42,980 nt of DNA from Solirubrobacterales bacterium. Its GTDB lineage: Bacteria > Actinomycetota > Thermoleophilia > Solirubrobacterales > 70-9. The position numbers were made by a program, and so were the translations under genes. The notes beneath the pieces were generated by a model that saw only the letters and a program-made list of their open reading frames with translations, searched no databases and was not told where the DNA came from. Each line of letters opens with the position of its first letter. Position 1 is the first letter of the stretch. The stretch covers positions 1 through 42,980 of the forward strand of contig DASZZB010000194.1 of the NCBI GenBank assembly GCA_035545115.1. Direction: 5' to 3'. Below, piece by piece: positions 1 through 10,302 of this stretch.

Positions 1-181
1 AGGACTCCTCGGTGGGCACCATGCTCGTCGGTCTCTGCGCGCCACCCATTTACCGGTCGTCATTCTGTTGAAGCGCGGGCCGCGCCCGGCCATCTCGTCC
101 GACCGCGTTTGTGACTCCCTCCAACCCGCCTCCCCGGCGCCCCGGCCGGGGGACGCCGACGCCGCCCTAGGGTGAGCCGCG

Positions 182-1459
182 ATGGCCTGGGACTTCTCCA
201 CCGAGCCCGACTTCGAGGCGAAGCTGCAGTGGATGCAGGAGCTCGTCCGCGACGAGATCCTGCCGCTGGAGACCCTCGACCTCGACTTCGCGGGCTACCG
301 ACGGGCGATCGTGCCGCTGCAGGAGCGGGTCAAGGAGGCGGGTCTCTGGGCCGCGCACCTGCCGCCCGACCTCGGCGGCCAGGGCCTCGGCCAGGTGAAG
401 CTGGCGCTGATGCACGAGATCCTCGGCGCCACCGACTACGCCCCGCCGGTCTTCGGCAACCAGGCCCCCGACTCCGGCAACTCGGAGCTGATCGCGATCG
501 CCGGCGACGAGCGACAGAAGGAGCGCTGGCTGAAGCCACTCCTCTCCGGCGCGCTGCGCAGCGCCTTCACGATGACCGAGGAGGGCACCGGCTCGGACCC
601 GACCCAGCTGCGCACCAGCGCCGTCGGCGACGGCGCCGAGTGGGTCATCGACGGCACCAAGTGGTTCATCAGCAACGCCGACAAAGCCGACTTCCACATC
701 GTGATGGCGCTGACCGATCCGGACGCGGCGCCGCACCTGCGGATGTCGATGATCATCGTCCCCGCCGACGCGGCCGGGATCACCGTGCGCGACCTCGGCG
801 TGATGAACGACCCCGCGGCGCGCAACCCGATCCACACCCACTCGGAAGTGACCTTCGAGGGCGTGCGCGTCCCCACCGAGAACCTGCTTGGCGAACGTGG
901 CGGCGCCTTCGCCCTCGCCCAGGCGCGCCTCGGGCCGGGCCGCATCCACCACGCGATGCGCTGGCTCGGAGTCTGCCGGCGCGCCTTCGACATGCTCTGC
1001 GAGCGTGCCGTCAGCAAGTCGGTCCACGGCTCGACCCTGGCCGAGAAGCAGACGATCCAGAACTGGGTGGCCGAGTCCGCCGCCGAAATGCAGGCGGCGC
1101 GGATGATGACCCTGCACGCCGCCTGGAAGCTCGACCAGGTCGGCGCGAAGGAGGCCCGCGACGAGATCGCGATGATCAAGTACCACGGGCCGAAGGTGAT
1201 GTACAACGTGCTCGACCGCGCGATCCAGGTCCACGGCTCGCTTGGCTTCTCCTGCGACCTGCCGCTCGAGGAGATGTACCGCTACGCGCGCGCCTCGCGC
1301 ATCTACGACGGTCCCGACGAGGTCCACCGGGTCGGCGTCGCCCGCCGCATCCTGCGTGGGTACCAACCGGTCGAGGTCCCGACCGAACACATCCCCACCC
1401 GCCGCGCGGCCGCCCAGGTCCGCTTCGCCGAGCTCCTCGACGGCGCCGCGGCGAACTGA
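182..1459 (+). CDS. acyl-CoA dehydrogenase family protein (ACAD10/11-like subgroup)
   Basis: 425-aa ORF with ATG at 182. The length and layout fit the ACAD fold. The C-terminal IYDGPDEVH motif is typical of the ACAD10/11 / FadE subgroup. The antisense and +1 ORFs over this span are Arg/Pro/Gly-rich shadow frames. Confidence 0.85.
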   Translation: MAWDFSTEPDFEAKLQWMQELVRDEILPLETLDLDFAGYRRAIVPLQERVKEAGLWAAHLPPDLGGQGLGQVKLALMHEILGATDYAPPVFGNQAPDSGNSELIAIAGDERQKERWLKPLLSGALRSAFTMTEEGTGSDPTQLRTSAVGDGAEWVIDGTKWFISNADKADFHIVMALTDPDAAPHLRMSMIIVPADAAGITVRDLGVMNDPAARNPIHTHSEVTFEGVRVPTENLLGERGGAFALAQARLGPGRIHHAMRWLGVCRRAFDMLCERAVSKSVHGSTLAEKQTIQNWVAESAAEMQAARMMTLHAAWKLDQVGAKEARDEIAMIKYHGPKVMYNVLDRAIQVHGSLGFSCDLPLEEMYRYARASRIYDGPDEVHRVGVARRILRGYQPVEVPTEHIPTRRAAAQVRFAELLDGAAAN

Positions 1460-1460
1460 G

Positions 1461-2633
1461 ATGGCGACCGCCGAGGGCCCGCTCGCCGGGGTCCGGGTCC
1501 TCGACCTGAGCCGGCTCCTGCCGGGCGGCTTCTGCACCGCCGTGCTCGGCGATCTGGGCGCCGACGTGGTCAAGATCGAGCAGCCGGGCAAAGGCGACTA
1601 CATGCGCTGGGGCGACCCCAAGTTCGGCGCCGAGTCGGCGGCGAGCTGGACGATCGACCGCAACAAGCGCTCGGTCTGCCTCGACCTCAAGCACCCCGAC
1701 GCGGTCGCCGCGCTCCACGACCTCGCCGGCCGCGCCCAGGTGGTGGTCGAGAGCTTCCGGCCCGGCGTCGTCGACCGCCTCGGAGTGGGCTACGAGGCGC
1801 TCCGCGGCGTCAACGCGGCGATCGTCTACTGCTCGATCAGCGGCCACGGGCAGACCGGGCCGCTGCGCGCCACACCCGGCCACGACATCAACTACGTCGG
1901 CCGCGCCGGCATCCTCGACATCACCGGCCCCGCCGGCGGGCTGCCCGCCGTGCCCGGCGTCCAGGTCGCCGACCTCGGCACCGGGGGCCTCTTCAGCGTC
2001 GCCGGCATCCTCGCCGCGCTCTACCGGGCGCAGCAGACCGGTGAGGGCGACCACATCGACATCTCGATGACCGACGGTGCGCTGGCCTGGCTCTCGATCC
2101 ACCTCGCCGACTACTTCGCCTCCGGCGTCGATCCCGGGCGCGAGGGCATGCTCCTGAATGGGCACTTTCCCTGTTACCACGTCTACCGCTGCGCCGACGG
2201 CGGCCACATCACCGTCGGCGCGATCGAGGACCAGTTCTGGGAGGTGCTCTGCGAGCGGGTCGGCCGGCCCGACCTCCTCCCGACGCGGGTCGACCCGACG
2301 GCGATCCCGACCTGGCGCGAAGTGTTCGCCGGCCGCCCGCGCGACGAGTGGGTCGCGCTGCTCGGCGAGGTGGCCTGCGTCGGCCCGGTCAACGACTTCG
2401 CCGAGGCCGCCGCCGAACCGCAGATGATCGAGCGCGGGATGATCGTCGAGCAGCAGCACCCCGAAGTCGGAGCGGTCCGTCAACTCGGCTCCCCGCTGCG
2501 GATGCGCAACCACCCGGTCGGCGTGCGCGCGCCGGCGCCGAAGCTCGGCGCCCACACCCGCGAGCTGCTCGCCGACGCCGGCTACTCCGCGGAGCGGATC
2601 GGGTCGCTGCTCTCCTCCGGCGCCGCCGCCTGA
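1461..2633 (+). CDS. CoA-transferase family III (CaiB/BaiF-type)
   Basis: The in-frame ATG at 1461 lies 1 nt after the ACAD stop and gives MATAEGPLAGVRVLDLSRLLPGGF, the canonical family III N-terminus. GKGDYMR and VVESFRPGV segments are present. The track ORF start at 1242 overlaps the ACAD gene and looks over-extended. Confidence 0.85.
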   Translation: MATAEGPLAGVRVLDLSRLLPGGFCTAVLGDLGADVVKIEQPGKGDYMRWGDPKFGAESAASWTIDRNKRSVCLDLKHPDAVAALHDLAGRAQVVVESFRPGVVDRLGVGYEALRGVNAAIVYCSISGHGQTGPLRATPGHDINYVGRAGILDITGPAGGLPAVPGVQVADLGTGGLFSVAGILAALYRAQQTGEGDHIDISMTDGALAWLSIHLADYFASGVDPGREGMLLNGHFPCYHVYRCADGGHITVGAIEDQFWEVLCERVGRPDLLPTRVDPTAIPTWREVFAGRPRDEWVALLGEVACVGPVNDFAEAAAEPQMIERGMIVEQQHPEVGAVRQLGSPLRMRNHPVGVRAPAPKLGAHTRELLADAGYSAERIGSLLSSGAAA

Positions 2634-4459
2634 GCGGCGCCCGGGGACTCGTCGTCGATCCGCCCGATCAAGCGCAGGATCAGGAGACCCAACTGCAGGG
2701 TCAACTGGTCGTCGGCGTCGGCGGCGACGTCGAGGTGGGTGACCTCACGGATCCGTCCGAGCCGATAACGGATCGTGTTCTCGTGGACATCGAGCAGCTC
2801 GGCCGACCGCCGGACGCTGCGCGAGGCGGCGAAGAACATCTGCAGTGTCGTCAGCAGGTGCTCATTGCCGGGCTCGAGCAGCTCACTCATCCAGTCGAGG
2901 GCGAAACGCTCGGCGTCCTCCCTGCTCGTCCCCGAGAGCAGGAGCCGGGCGGCGCCGATGTCGGCGCTCGACAGCACCCGGTAGGAATCGGGCGGGCAGA
3001 AGACCGAGATACAGCGGGCGACCTGCTGCGCCTCGCGGAACGCCGACGGGTACTGCGCGGTCTCCTCGCAGATGCCGGAGATCGCGACCGAGACGACCCC
3101 CTCCGCGGTCAGCGCGGTCGCCATGTCGGCGGCGACCCGTTTCGCCACCTCGACCCCGGCGGGCTCGCCCTCCGTCGCCCCCAGTTCGATCACCGCGGCG
3201 ACCCCGTCCTCGATCCCGACCGCCAACGGGTTGCACTCGGGATGGGTGGCGCTCAGCGCCTTGAACACACGGTTCGCGTTCGGCGGCTTGCGACCCTCGC
3301 CGGAGGCGAACAGCATCACCACGTGCGGTGCGTTCAGGTGGAGGCCGTGGAAGTGGGCCCGGCGCTGCAGGGAGGCGGGGTCGTCGGTGCCGACGATCAG
3401 GTCACGGGCGAGCGTCTCCTGGGCCCGCATCTCGGCGTCGGCGGCGCGCCGCTCGGCGCTCATCTCGAGCGCGATGATCGTCCCGGCACGACGCAGGACG
3501 ATGCGGTCCTGAGCGTTGAACCAGCCGCCCTGCTCGACCACCGCGAGGTAGCCCCAGGCGTCGGTCCCGACCATCACCGCGGCCGCCATGATCCGCTTCG
3601 CCAGCTTGCTGCCGCCGGCCGCGTCGATCACCGCCGGCTTGCGGCTCTCGAGCTCGGTGACCGATCCGGCCAGGTCGGCATCGTGGCGGAGCCGCGACAG
3701 CAGGGCATCCAGGACCCCGCCGTCGTCGGCGATGCCGGCCGTCGCCAACGGCCGCATGCCGGCGTCCATCACCACCGTCGGCTTGTTGGTCAGCTCGGCG
3801 ACGGCGCGGGTGATCTCATGGAGGTTGGCCCCTTTGAGGACCAGGTTCGACAGCCGGTCCTCGATCGCCGCCGCCGTGCGCAGCAGCCTGTTCTGGCGCT
3901 CGACCGTCTTCAGGCTGGAGCGCAGCTCGGTGGTCAGCTGGGCATGCGAGATCGCGATCGCGGCCAGATTGGCGAAGGTGCCGCAGAGCTGCTGCTCCCC
4001 CGCGGAGTATTCGTGGGGTTGGTCTTCGTTGTCGAGGAAGAGCAGCCCGACGACCCTGCCGTCGCGCACCATCGGCACACCGAGCATCGTCTGCACGTTC
4101 CACTCGAGCATCGTCGAGTGCACCGGCCGCGGATCCGATTGGGCGTTGACGATCAGCACCGGCCGCTTCGTGGTCAGGATCTCGCGGGTGAAGCCGTCGG
4201 CCTCGATCCCCGCCGTCAGGCTCTTGATCGCGGCGTCGATGTTGCGGTCGGCGTGGCCGACCTGGCCGCGGAAGAGACCGGTGCGTTCGTCCATCAGGTA
4301 GACGCTGCAGCGGCGCACGTCGAGCAGGTCGCAGATCCGCAGGGCGACGATGTGGAGCAGCGCGTCGAGCGCCACGTGCTCGGTGATCGCGCCCGAGATC
4401 TCGTTGAAGGCCTCGACGACCTCGGGGAACCCGGCCGTCGTCGGTCCCCTCGCCGCCAT
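2582..4459 (-). CDS. PucR/CdaR-family transcriptional regulator with N-terminal GAF domain
   Basis: The C-terminus LLDVHENTIRYRLGRIREVT is the PucR-type HTH. The N-terminal part (VALDALLHIVALRICDLLDVRRCSVYLMDE...LGVPM) is GAF-like. I placed the start at the internal ATG 4459 (MAARGP...); the track start at 4621 is possible. Confidence 0.75.
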   Translation of the reverse strand: MAARGPTTAGFPEVVEAFNEISGAITEHVALDALLHIVALRICDLLDVRRCSVYLMDERTGLFRGQVGHADRNIDAAIKSLTAGIEADGFTREILTTKRPVLIVNAQSDPRPVHSTMLEWNVQTMLGVPMVRDGRVVGLLFLDNEDQPHEYSAGEQQLCGTFANLAAIAISHAQLTTELRSSLKTVERQNRLLRTAAAIEDRLSNLVLKGANLHEITRAVAELTNKPTVVMDAGMRPLATAGIADDGGVLDALLSRLRHDADLAGSVTELESRKPAVIDAAGGSKLAKRIMAAAVMVGTDAWGYLAVVEQGGWFNAQDRIVLRRAGTIIALEMSAERRAADAEMRAQETLARDLIVGTDDPASLQRRAHFHGLHLNAPHVVMLFASGEGRKPPNANRVFKALSATHPECNPLAVGIEDGVAAVIELGATEGEPAGVEVAKRVAADMATALTAEGVVSVAISGICEETAQYPSAFREAQQVARCISVFCPPDSYRVLSSADIGAARLLLSGTSREDAERFALDWMSELLEPGNEHLLTTLQMFFAASRSVRRSAELLDVHENTIRYRLGRIREVTHLDVAADADDQLTLQLGLLILRLIGRIDDESPGAAQAAAPEESSDPIRSAE

Positions 4460-4677
4460 GGCTTCGCCGACGTCCGCAAGATTGTCTACCGCGGGGACCA
4501 AACTCGATCTCCGATCCGGCGCCTCCGGCCCGGGAGCACCCGAGCGCGATCCCCGCACTTCCTGTTGGGACCGTAGCCAATCGCGCCGGCGATTACCAGG
4601 CCGCTTTGTGGATTCGCACACCTGCGCCCCGCCGCCGGCGCGAGCAAAGGGGCGACGGTTGATTTCCTTCGCTCACG

Positions 4678-5178
4678 GTGACAGGCACCCGGTTCGAGAG
4701 CGCGCACTTCCGCCAGGTGATGGGCCACCTGCCCACCGGTGTGAGTGTCGTCACCGGCCATGGGGCGGACGGCCCCGCGGGGCTCGCGATCGGGTCCTTC
4801 ATGTCGGTATCGCTGCAGCCGCCGCTGATCGCCATCAGCCCGGCGCTCAGCTCCGCCAGTTGGCCCGCCATCCGAGCGACCGGCCGTTTCTGCGTAAACG
4901 TATTGGCGGCAGGCCAGACCGATCTGGCGCTGGGCTTCGCCGTCTCCGGCGGCGAGAAGTTCGCCGATCTCGAGTGGCACCTCGGGCCGGGAGGCTCGCC
5001 GGTCCTGGATGGAGCGGTCGCCTGGGTCGACTGCCGGATCGCCTCCGAGCAGGAGGCGGGCGACCACTGGCTCGTCCTCGGCTCGGTCGAGGAGCTCGAC
5101 CTCGGCGCCGATGGCGAGCCGCTGATCTTCCATCGCGGTGCGTTCGATCGCTTCCGCCCCGCCGACCGCGAAACCTGA
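4678..5178 (+). CDS. flavin reductase (FMN-binding split-barrel, HpaC/NtaB-like)
   Basis: 166 aa with a GTG start. FRQVMGHLPTGVSVVTG and SFMSVSLQPPLI are typical of flavin reductase domain proteins. Confidence 0.85.
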   Translation: MTGTRFESAHFRQVMGHLPTGVSVVTGHGADGPAGLAIGSFMSVSLQPPLIAISPALSSASWPAIRATGRFCVNVLAAGQTDLALGFAVSGGEKFADLEWHLGPGGSPVLDGAVAWVDCRIASEQEAGDHWLVLGSVEELDLGADGEPLIFHRGAFDRFRPADRET

Positions 5179-5407
5179 ATCCACTGCTCTCTCCTCTCTG
5201 GGCGACCTGGCCCGCATCCCGCGTGGGAACCGCGAACCTAGGTCCCGTGGATCGAGACGGGGGCGCCAGTGGAAAAAGGCCTTGTAGATCCCTCCAAGGC
5301 GCCGACCCACCTACCCGGTCGAACTCGACGACGAAGCGGGCCCGCCGCGCTACGTTCGATCGGGGTGGGCTGCCCGCGCCACGACAGCAAAGGAGAGAGA
5401 GCCGCAG

Positions 5408-7030
5408 ATGAAAAGCACGATGTCGGCGATGCCACTGACGACCCGGTTGATCTACGACCACGGCAGGACGGTCCACCACCGCAGCCTCGTCACCACCTAC
5501 GCCGCCGACGGCTCCTCGACGACGCAGGCCTACGCGGAGATCGCCGACCGCGCCGACCGGCTCGCCGTCGGGCTGCAGCGGATCGGGATCGCGCCGGGGG
5601 ACCGGGTCGGCACCTTCTGCTGGAACCACGGCGACCACCTCGCCGCCTACTTCGCCGTGCCCTGCATGGGCGCGGTGCTGCACACGGTCAACATCCGCCT
5701 CTTCCCCGAGCAGGTCTCCTTCGTCGTCAACCACGCCGCCGACCGCCTGATGATCGTCGACCAGCAGCTGGTCGACCTGCTGGCGCCGATCGCCGACTCG
5801 CTGCCGACGGTGGAGCGCTTCCTCGTCGTCGGCGGCGACGGTGCCGCTCTCGGCGCGCGAGCGATGCCCGTCGAGGCGGCGCTGGCCGAGCCCGGCGCGG
5901 TGCCCGAGTGGCCCGAGCTCGACGAGAGCGACGCCGCCTCGATCTGCTACACGAGCGGCACCACCGGCGACCCGCGCGGCGTCGCCTACGGGCACCGTTC
6001 GACCTTCGTCCACTCGCTCGCCCAGTGCGCGACCAACGCCTTCGCGATCGGCCAGGAGGACACGATCCTGCTCAGCGTCCCGATGTTCCACTCGAACGCC
6101 TGGGGCCTCCCCTATTCCGGCTGGATGTCGGGCGCCGACTTCGTGATGCCGCAGTCGACCCTCGACCCAGCCTCGCTGGCGCGCATGTTCGAGGAGCGGC
6201 GCCCGACCTTCACCGCGGGCGTGCCGACCCTGTTCAACGACCTGTTGAACCACGAGTCGCCCGCGCCGGTCGACCTCTCCAGCCTGCGGGTCGCCGTCTG
6301 CGGCGGCTCGGCGGTCACCGGAACGCTGATCGACGCGATGAAGGCGCGCGGCGTGCCGATGCTGCAGGGCTGGGGGATGACCGAGACCAGCCCCCTCTGC
6401 GCGCTCTCCCATCCGCCCAAGCACGCGAAGCCCGAGGAAGATTCCTACTGGCGCTCGAAGAGCGGCCGGCCCTCCTCGGCCGGGATCGAACTGCGGATCG
6501 TCGACGACGAGGGCGCCGAGCTGCCTTGGGACGGCGCCTCGGTCGGCGAGGTCGAGGTGCGGGGGCCGTGGGTGGCGACCTCCTATTACGGGATCGACAC
6601 GCCGGAGAAGTTCCACCACGGCTGGCTGCGGACCGGCGACGTCGGCTACGGCGACCAGGAGCGCTTCGTGCAGCTGACCGACCGGGCGAAGGACGTGATC
6701 AAGTCGGGCGGCGAGTGGATCTCCTCGCTCGATCTCGAGGACGCCCTCGCGAGCCACCCCGACGTGCTCGAGGTGGCGGTGATCGGGGTCGCCGACGAGC
6801 GCTGGGAGGAGCGGCCGCTGGCCTGCATCGTCCTGCGCGACGGGGCCCAGCTCGATCCGGCGGGCCTGGCCGGCCACATCGCCCCGCAGGTCGCCCGCTG
6901 GTGGATCCCCGAGCGCTGGGCGGCGGTCGCCGAGATCCCGAAGACCAGCGTCGGCAAGGCCGACAAACGGGCCCTGCGCGAGCGCCATGCCGCCGGCGAG
7001 CTCGAGGTGATCGCCCCCACCCGCGGGTGA
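5408..7030 (+). CDS. AMP-dependent acyl-CoA synthetase/ligase (FadD-like)
   Basis: 540 aa. It has the AMP-binding motif YTSGTTGDPRGV, then GWGMTET, TGDVG and a C-terminal PKTSVGKADKR. An AAGGAGAGAGA RBS lies upstream of the ATG at 5408. Confidence 0.9.
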   Translation: MKSTMSAMPLTTRLIYDHGRTVHHRSLVTTYAADGSSTTQAYAEIADRADRLAVGLQRIGIAPGDRVGTFCWNHGDHLAAYFAVPCMGAVLHTVNIRLFPEQVSFVVNHAADRLMIVDQQLVDLLAPIADSLPTVERFLVVGGDGAALGARAMPVEAALAEPGAVPEWPELDESDAASICYTSGTTGDPRGVAYGHRSTFVHSLAQCATNAFAIGQEDTILLSVPMFHSNAWGLPYSGWMSGADFVMPQSTLDPASLARMFEERRPTFTAGVPTLFNDLLNHESPAPVDLSSLRVAVCGGSAVTGTLIDAMKARGVPMLQGWGMTETSPLCALSHPPKHAKPEEDSYWRSKSGRPSSAGIELRIVDDEGAELPWDGASVGEVEVRGPWVATSYYGIDTPEKFHHGWLRTGDVGYGDQERFVQLTDRAKDVIKSGGEWISSLDLEDALASHPDVLEVAVIGVADERWEERPLACIVLRDGAQLDPAGLAGHIAPQVARWWIPERWAAVAEIPKTSVGKADKRALRERHAAGELEVIAPTRG

Positions 7031-7151
7031 CCGACCTTGGGGAAGTCGCCAAGGTGGTCCTGGCGGCACCCGCGCGCCCGGGCAGGGGGCCGGGGTACGT
7101 TCGTGAGGTGGAGAGAGGCAACCGGGCCGGCGACGGACCCGAGGAGGAGAT

Positions 7152-8309
7152 TTGAGGTTCGGCGTCTTCTACGTCGTCGAGTCGCCAGACGGCGATTTCA
7201 AACGCGCCTATGACGAGATGCTCGATCAGATCGAGTACGCCGAGTACCTCGGCTTCGACACGGTCTGGCTGGCCGAGCACCACGGCTCCAGCTACGGCAG
7301 CCTGCCTTCGCCGCAGGTGATGGCGGCGGCGGTCGCCGAACGCACCAAGTACATGCGGATCGGCCTCGCGGTCAGCATCCTCCCCTTCGACAACCCGGTC
7401 CGGATCGCCGAGGACTACGCGATGGTCGACCTGATCTCCGGCGGCCGGCTCGACTTCGGCGTCGGCCGCGGCTACCAGCCGCGCGAGTTCGGGATGCTCG
7501 GCCTGGAGGACGCCCAGGGCGACAGCCGCGGCATCTTCGAGGAGTCGCTCGACATCATCCTCGGGCTCTGGACCGAGGACCGGTTCACCTACCAGGGCCG
7601 CCACTTCCAGATCGAGGACGCCGAGCTCCACCCGCGGCCGCTGCAGAAGCCGCATCCACCGGTCTACGTCGCCGCGATCAGCCCGGAGACCTTCGACCTG
7701 GTCGCCGAAAAAGGCTTCAACCTGCTCGTCACCCCGACCCTGATGGACCTGCGGACGCTGAAGTCCTTCACCCTGGACGCGAAGAAGAGGCTGGTCGAAC
7801 GCGGGCGCGACCCACACTCTCTCGACTTCCCGCTGAACTGGCAGATCCACCTGGCGCGGACCGCGGCCGAGGCCAAGGAACGCACCCGCGACGCCTTCGG
7901 CTGGTACTTCGACAAGGTGATGTCGGTGGTCCCCCAGGGCGGCGACATACCGGCCACCTACGAGGCCTACGGGGCGATGGCCCGGGCGTATGCGGACGCG
8001 GGCGGGTTCCCGATCGAGCGGCTGCAGGAGCTCGGCGTCCTCATCCTCGGCACGCCGGAGGACGCGATCGCCCGGATCGAGGAGGTCTACCGGGACATCG
8101 GCCAGCAGCACATCAGCTGCTGGTTCCGAATCGGCGGGCTCGAGGACGCAAAGGTGCGCGACTCGATGAAGCTGTTCGCGGAGGAGGTCATGCCGCGCTT
8201 CCGGGATCGGCCGATGCTGATCCCGGACGAGATCGCCGCACCTGACGGCGACGCCGCGCTCAGCGGGTCAATCAATCGTGATGAAACGAGCATCGGAGAG
8301 GAGATCTGA
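7152..8309 (+). CDS. LLM-class (luciferase-like) flavin/F420-dependent oxidoreductase
   Basis: 385 aa with a TTG start preceded by GAGGAGGAG. MRFGVFY...YLGFDTVWLAEHH is the luciferase-like monooxygenase N-terminus. Confidence 0.85.
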   Translation: MRFGVFYVVESPDGDFKRAYDEMLDQIEYAEYLGFDTVWLAEHHGSSYGSLPSPQVMAAAVAERTKYMRIGLAVSILPFDNPVRIAEDYAMVDLISGGRLDFGVGRGYQPREFGMLGLEDAQGDSRGIFEESLDIILGLWTEDRFTYQGRHFQIEDAELHPRPLQKPHPPVYVAAISPETFDLVAEKGFNLLVTPTLMDLRTLKSFTLDAKKRLVERGRDPHSLDFPLNWQIHLARTAAEAKERTRDAFGWYFDKVMSVVPQGGDIPATYEAYGAMARAYADAGGFPIERLQELGVLILGTPEDAIARIEEVYRDIGQQHISCWFRIGGLEDAKVRDSMKLFAEEVMPRFRDRPMLIPDEIAAPDGDAALSGSINRDETSIGEEI

Positions 8310-9112
8310 TGGGAAGTCTCGAGGTCGAGAGCGAAAAGAGCATCTATTTCGAGGACTACGCGGGCGACGGGCGGCCGGTGGTCCTCGTCCACGGCTGGGG
8401 CATGAGCTGTCGCGTGTTCGATTACAACCTGGCGGCGCTGCGCGGTGCGGGGCATCGGGTGCTGGCGATCGACCACCGCTGCTGCGGTCACTCCGACAAG
8501 GACTTCGCCGACACCTCGATCACCGCGATCGCCGGCGACGTGGTGACGCTGGTCCGCGAGCGCGGCGCCGAGGACGCGGTGCTGGTCGGCTGGTCGCTCG
8601 GCGCCGCGGTTGCGGTCGCCGCGGCCGAGAAGCTCGGCGGTGCGCTCGACGGGCTGGTCCTGATCGGCACCCCATCGCCGCGCTACCTGCAGGCCGAGGG
8701 CTGGGAGTTCGGCGGCACCCAGGAGGCGATCGCCGAAACCAAGGAGGCGTTGCGGACGACGCGGGCCGACTTCCTCCGCGGCCTGACCGCCGGCGTCTTC
8801 AAGGAGGACCCGGGGCCGGCGGTGATCGAGTGGATGTGGTCGATTTTCATGGAAACGAGCGCCGCCGCCGACGCCACCCTGGTCGACCTGGGCGACCTCG
8901 ACCATCGCGAGCTGATGCCGCAGCTGACCGTCCCCACCCTCCTCTGCGTCGGCGCCGCCGACGTGGTCGTCGACCCCCGCACCTCACACGCGGCGGGTGA
9001 ACTGCTGCCGAATTCGACCGTCATCGAGTTCGCCGACAGCGGCCACGCGCCGTTCATCGAGGAGCAGGAGAAGTTCGAGACCGAGGCCCTCGCCTTCATC
9101 GGCGGGCTGTAG
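8309..9112 (+). CDS. alpha/beta-fold hydrolase
   Basis: 267 aa. The ATG overlaps the upstream stop (TGATG). It has an HGWGMS oxyanion region, a GWSLGA nucleophile elbow (G-x-S-x-G) and a C-terminal DSGHAPF catalytic-His region. Confidence 0.8.
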   Translation: MGSLEVESEKSIYFEDYAGDGRPVVLVHGWGMSCRVFDYNLAALRGAGHRVLAIDHRCCGHSDKDFADTSITAIAGDVVTLVRERGAEDAVLVGWSLGAAVAVAAAEKLGGALDGLVLIGTPSPRYLQAEGWEFGGTQEAIAETKEALRTTRADFLRGLTAGVFKEDPGPAVIEWMWSIFMETSAAADATLVDLGDLDHRELMPQLTVPTLLCVGAADVVVDPRTSHAAGELLPNSTVIEFADSGHAPFIEEQEKFETEALAFIGGL

Positions 9113-9141
9113 GCGTATTCGCGGTCCTGGCCTGGCCAGGC

Positions 9142-10185
9142 TCAGATCGGCCCGTCGGCCAGGGCCGCATGCGCCTGCTCGGCCAGGGCCGGGACGCCCT
9201 GCTGGAGGCGGGCGAAGAAAGGGTCGTCGGTCGTCCCGGCCTTGAACCGGCCGAAGGAGCCCTCGAGCAGGATCGCCAACTTCCAAAGCGCCAGCGACTG
9301 GTACCAGGCAAGGCGCTCGACCGGGAAGGCCGCACCCGCGGCGTAGCGCTCGACCAGGTCGACCCGGGACGGGTAGCCCTCCTCGGCGCCCGCCCGCGCG
9401 AGCCCCAGCAGTCGGTCCGGGTCGTCACCCTGCAGCCAGGTCGCGGTGAGGAAGCCGAGATCGGCGAGCGGGTCGCCGATGGTCGCCATCTCCCAGTCGA
9501 GCACCGCGACCAGCCGTGGCGGCGCGGCGGGTGAGAAGACGACGTTGTCGACCTTGTAGTCACCGTGGACGAGGGTCGCCCCCGGCGAGGTCGGTATCGC
9601 TCGCGCCAGCTGGGCGCCGACCGCGTCGATCAAGGGCACCTCGCGGGTGCGCTGGTGACCCCACAGGTCCCTCCACAGCCGCACCTGGCGCTCCAGGTAG
9701 CCGTCGGCACGACCCATGCGGGTGAGCTCCGACGAGCGCCGCCATTCGACCCTGTGTAACTCCAGCAGCGTGTCCACCATCTCTTCGCCGATCTTGGCGC
9801 GGTCGACAGGGTTGTCGAACGGCGGCGGCGTCGCCGGATCGAGGACGACGCCGTCGACCTGCTCCATCACGTAGAAGGGAGCACCGATCACCGCCGGGTC
9901 CGAGCACGCCGCCACGACCCGCGGGACGCGCACGTCGAACTGCTCCAGCGCCGCCAGCATGCGGTACTCGCGCAGGACGTCGTGGGCCGAGGGCGCGAGC
10001 GGGCCTCGCGGCGGCCGCCGCAGCACGAGGCGCCGGTCACCCGCCCGCAGGAAATAGGTGAGGTTCGAGTGTCCCGCCGAGACCGGCTCGATGGTGAGCT
10101 CGCGCAGGCCGAGCGCGGCTTCGAGCGCTGCGGAGAACTCCAGAACCTCACCATCCAATGGACGCGACACCTGTGACCGACTCAT
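9142..10185 (-). CDS. phosphotransferase, APH/choline-kinase fold (ACAD10/11 kinase-domain-like)
   Basis: 347 aa. It has the Brenner motif LVHGDYKVDNVVF and the VLDWEMATIGDP metal-binding loop. Confidence 0.85.
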   Translation of the reverse strand: MSRSQVSRPLDGEVLEFSAALEAALGLRELTIEPVSAGHSNLTYFLRAGDRRLVLRRPPRGPLAPSAHDVLREYRMLAALEQFDVRVPRVVAACSDPAVIGAPFYVMEQVDGVVLDPATPPPFDNPVDRAKIGEEMVDTLLELHRVEWRRSSELTRMGRADGYLERQVRLWRDLWGHQRTREVPLIDAVGAQLARAIPTSPGATLVHGDYKVDNVVFSPAAPPRLVAVLDWEMATIGDPLADLGFLTATWLQGDDPDRLLGLARAGAEEGYPSRVDLVERYAAGAAFPVERLAWYQSLALWKLAILLEGSFGRFKAGTTDDPFFARLQQGVPALAEQAHAALADGPI

Positions 10186-10302
10186 GTGGCCTGGGTTTTA
10201 GGCGACCGAGGTCCCGAAGGTGGAAGCCCGCACCCCGGACGTTGGAGGTTCCCACAGGCAGTTCCCCACCGTTCCGGATGGCTTCGGATAGCGTCGCCGC
10301 CG

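Noticed and set aside
167-1591. 474-aa minus-strand ORF, and a 445-aa +1 ORF, overlapping the acyl-CoA dehydrogenase gene
   Set aside because: The translations are Arg/Pro/Gly/Ala-rich and low-complexity, which is typical of off-frame ORFs in ~70% GC DNA. The 182-1459 frame has a clear family signature.
2348-4576. 742-aa plus-strand ORF antisense to the PucR/GAF regulator
   Set aside because: It is a shadow frame with no motifs and extreme Arg/Gly/Asp content. The opposite strand encodes recognisable GAF and PucR HTH domains.
4847-7069. 740-aa minus-strand ORF and 628-aa plus-strand ORF (5269-7155) over the acyl-CoA synthetase gene
   Set aside because: Both are low-complexity shadow frames. 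The 5408-7030 frame carries all the AMP-binding motifs.
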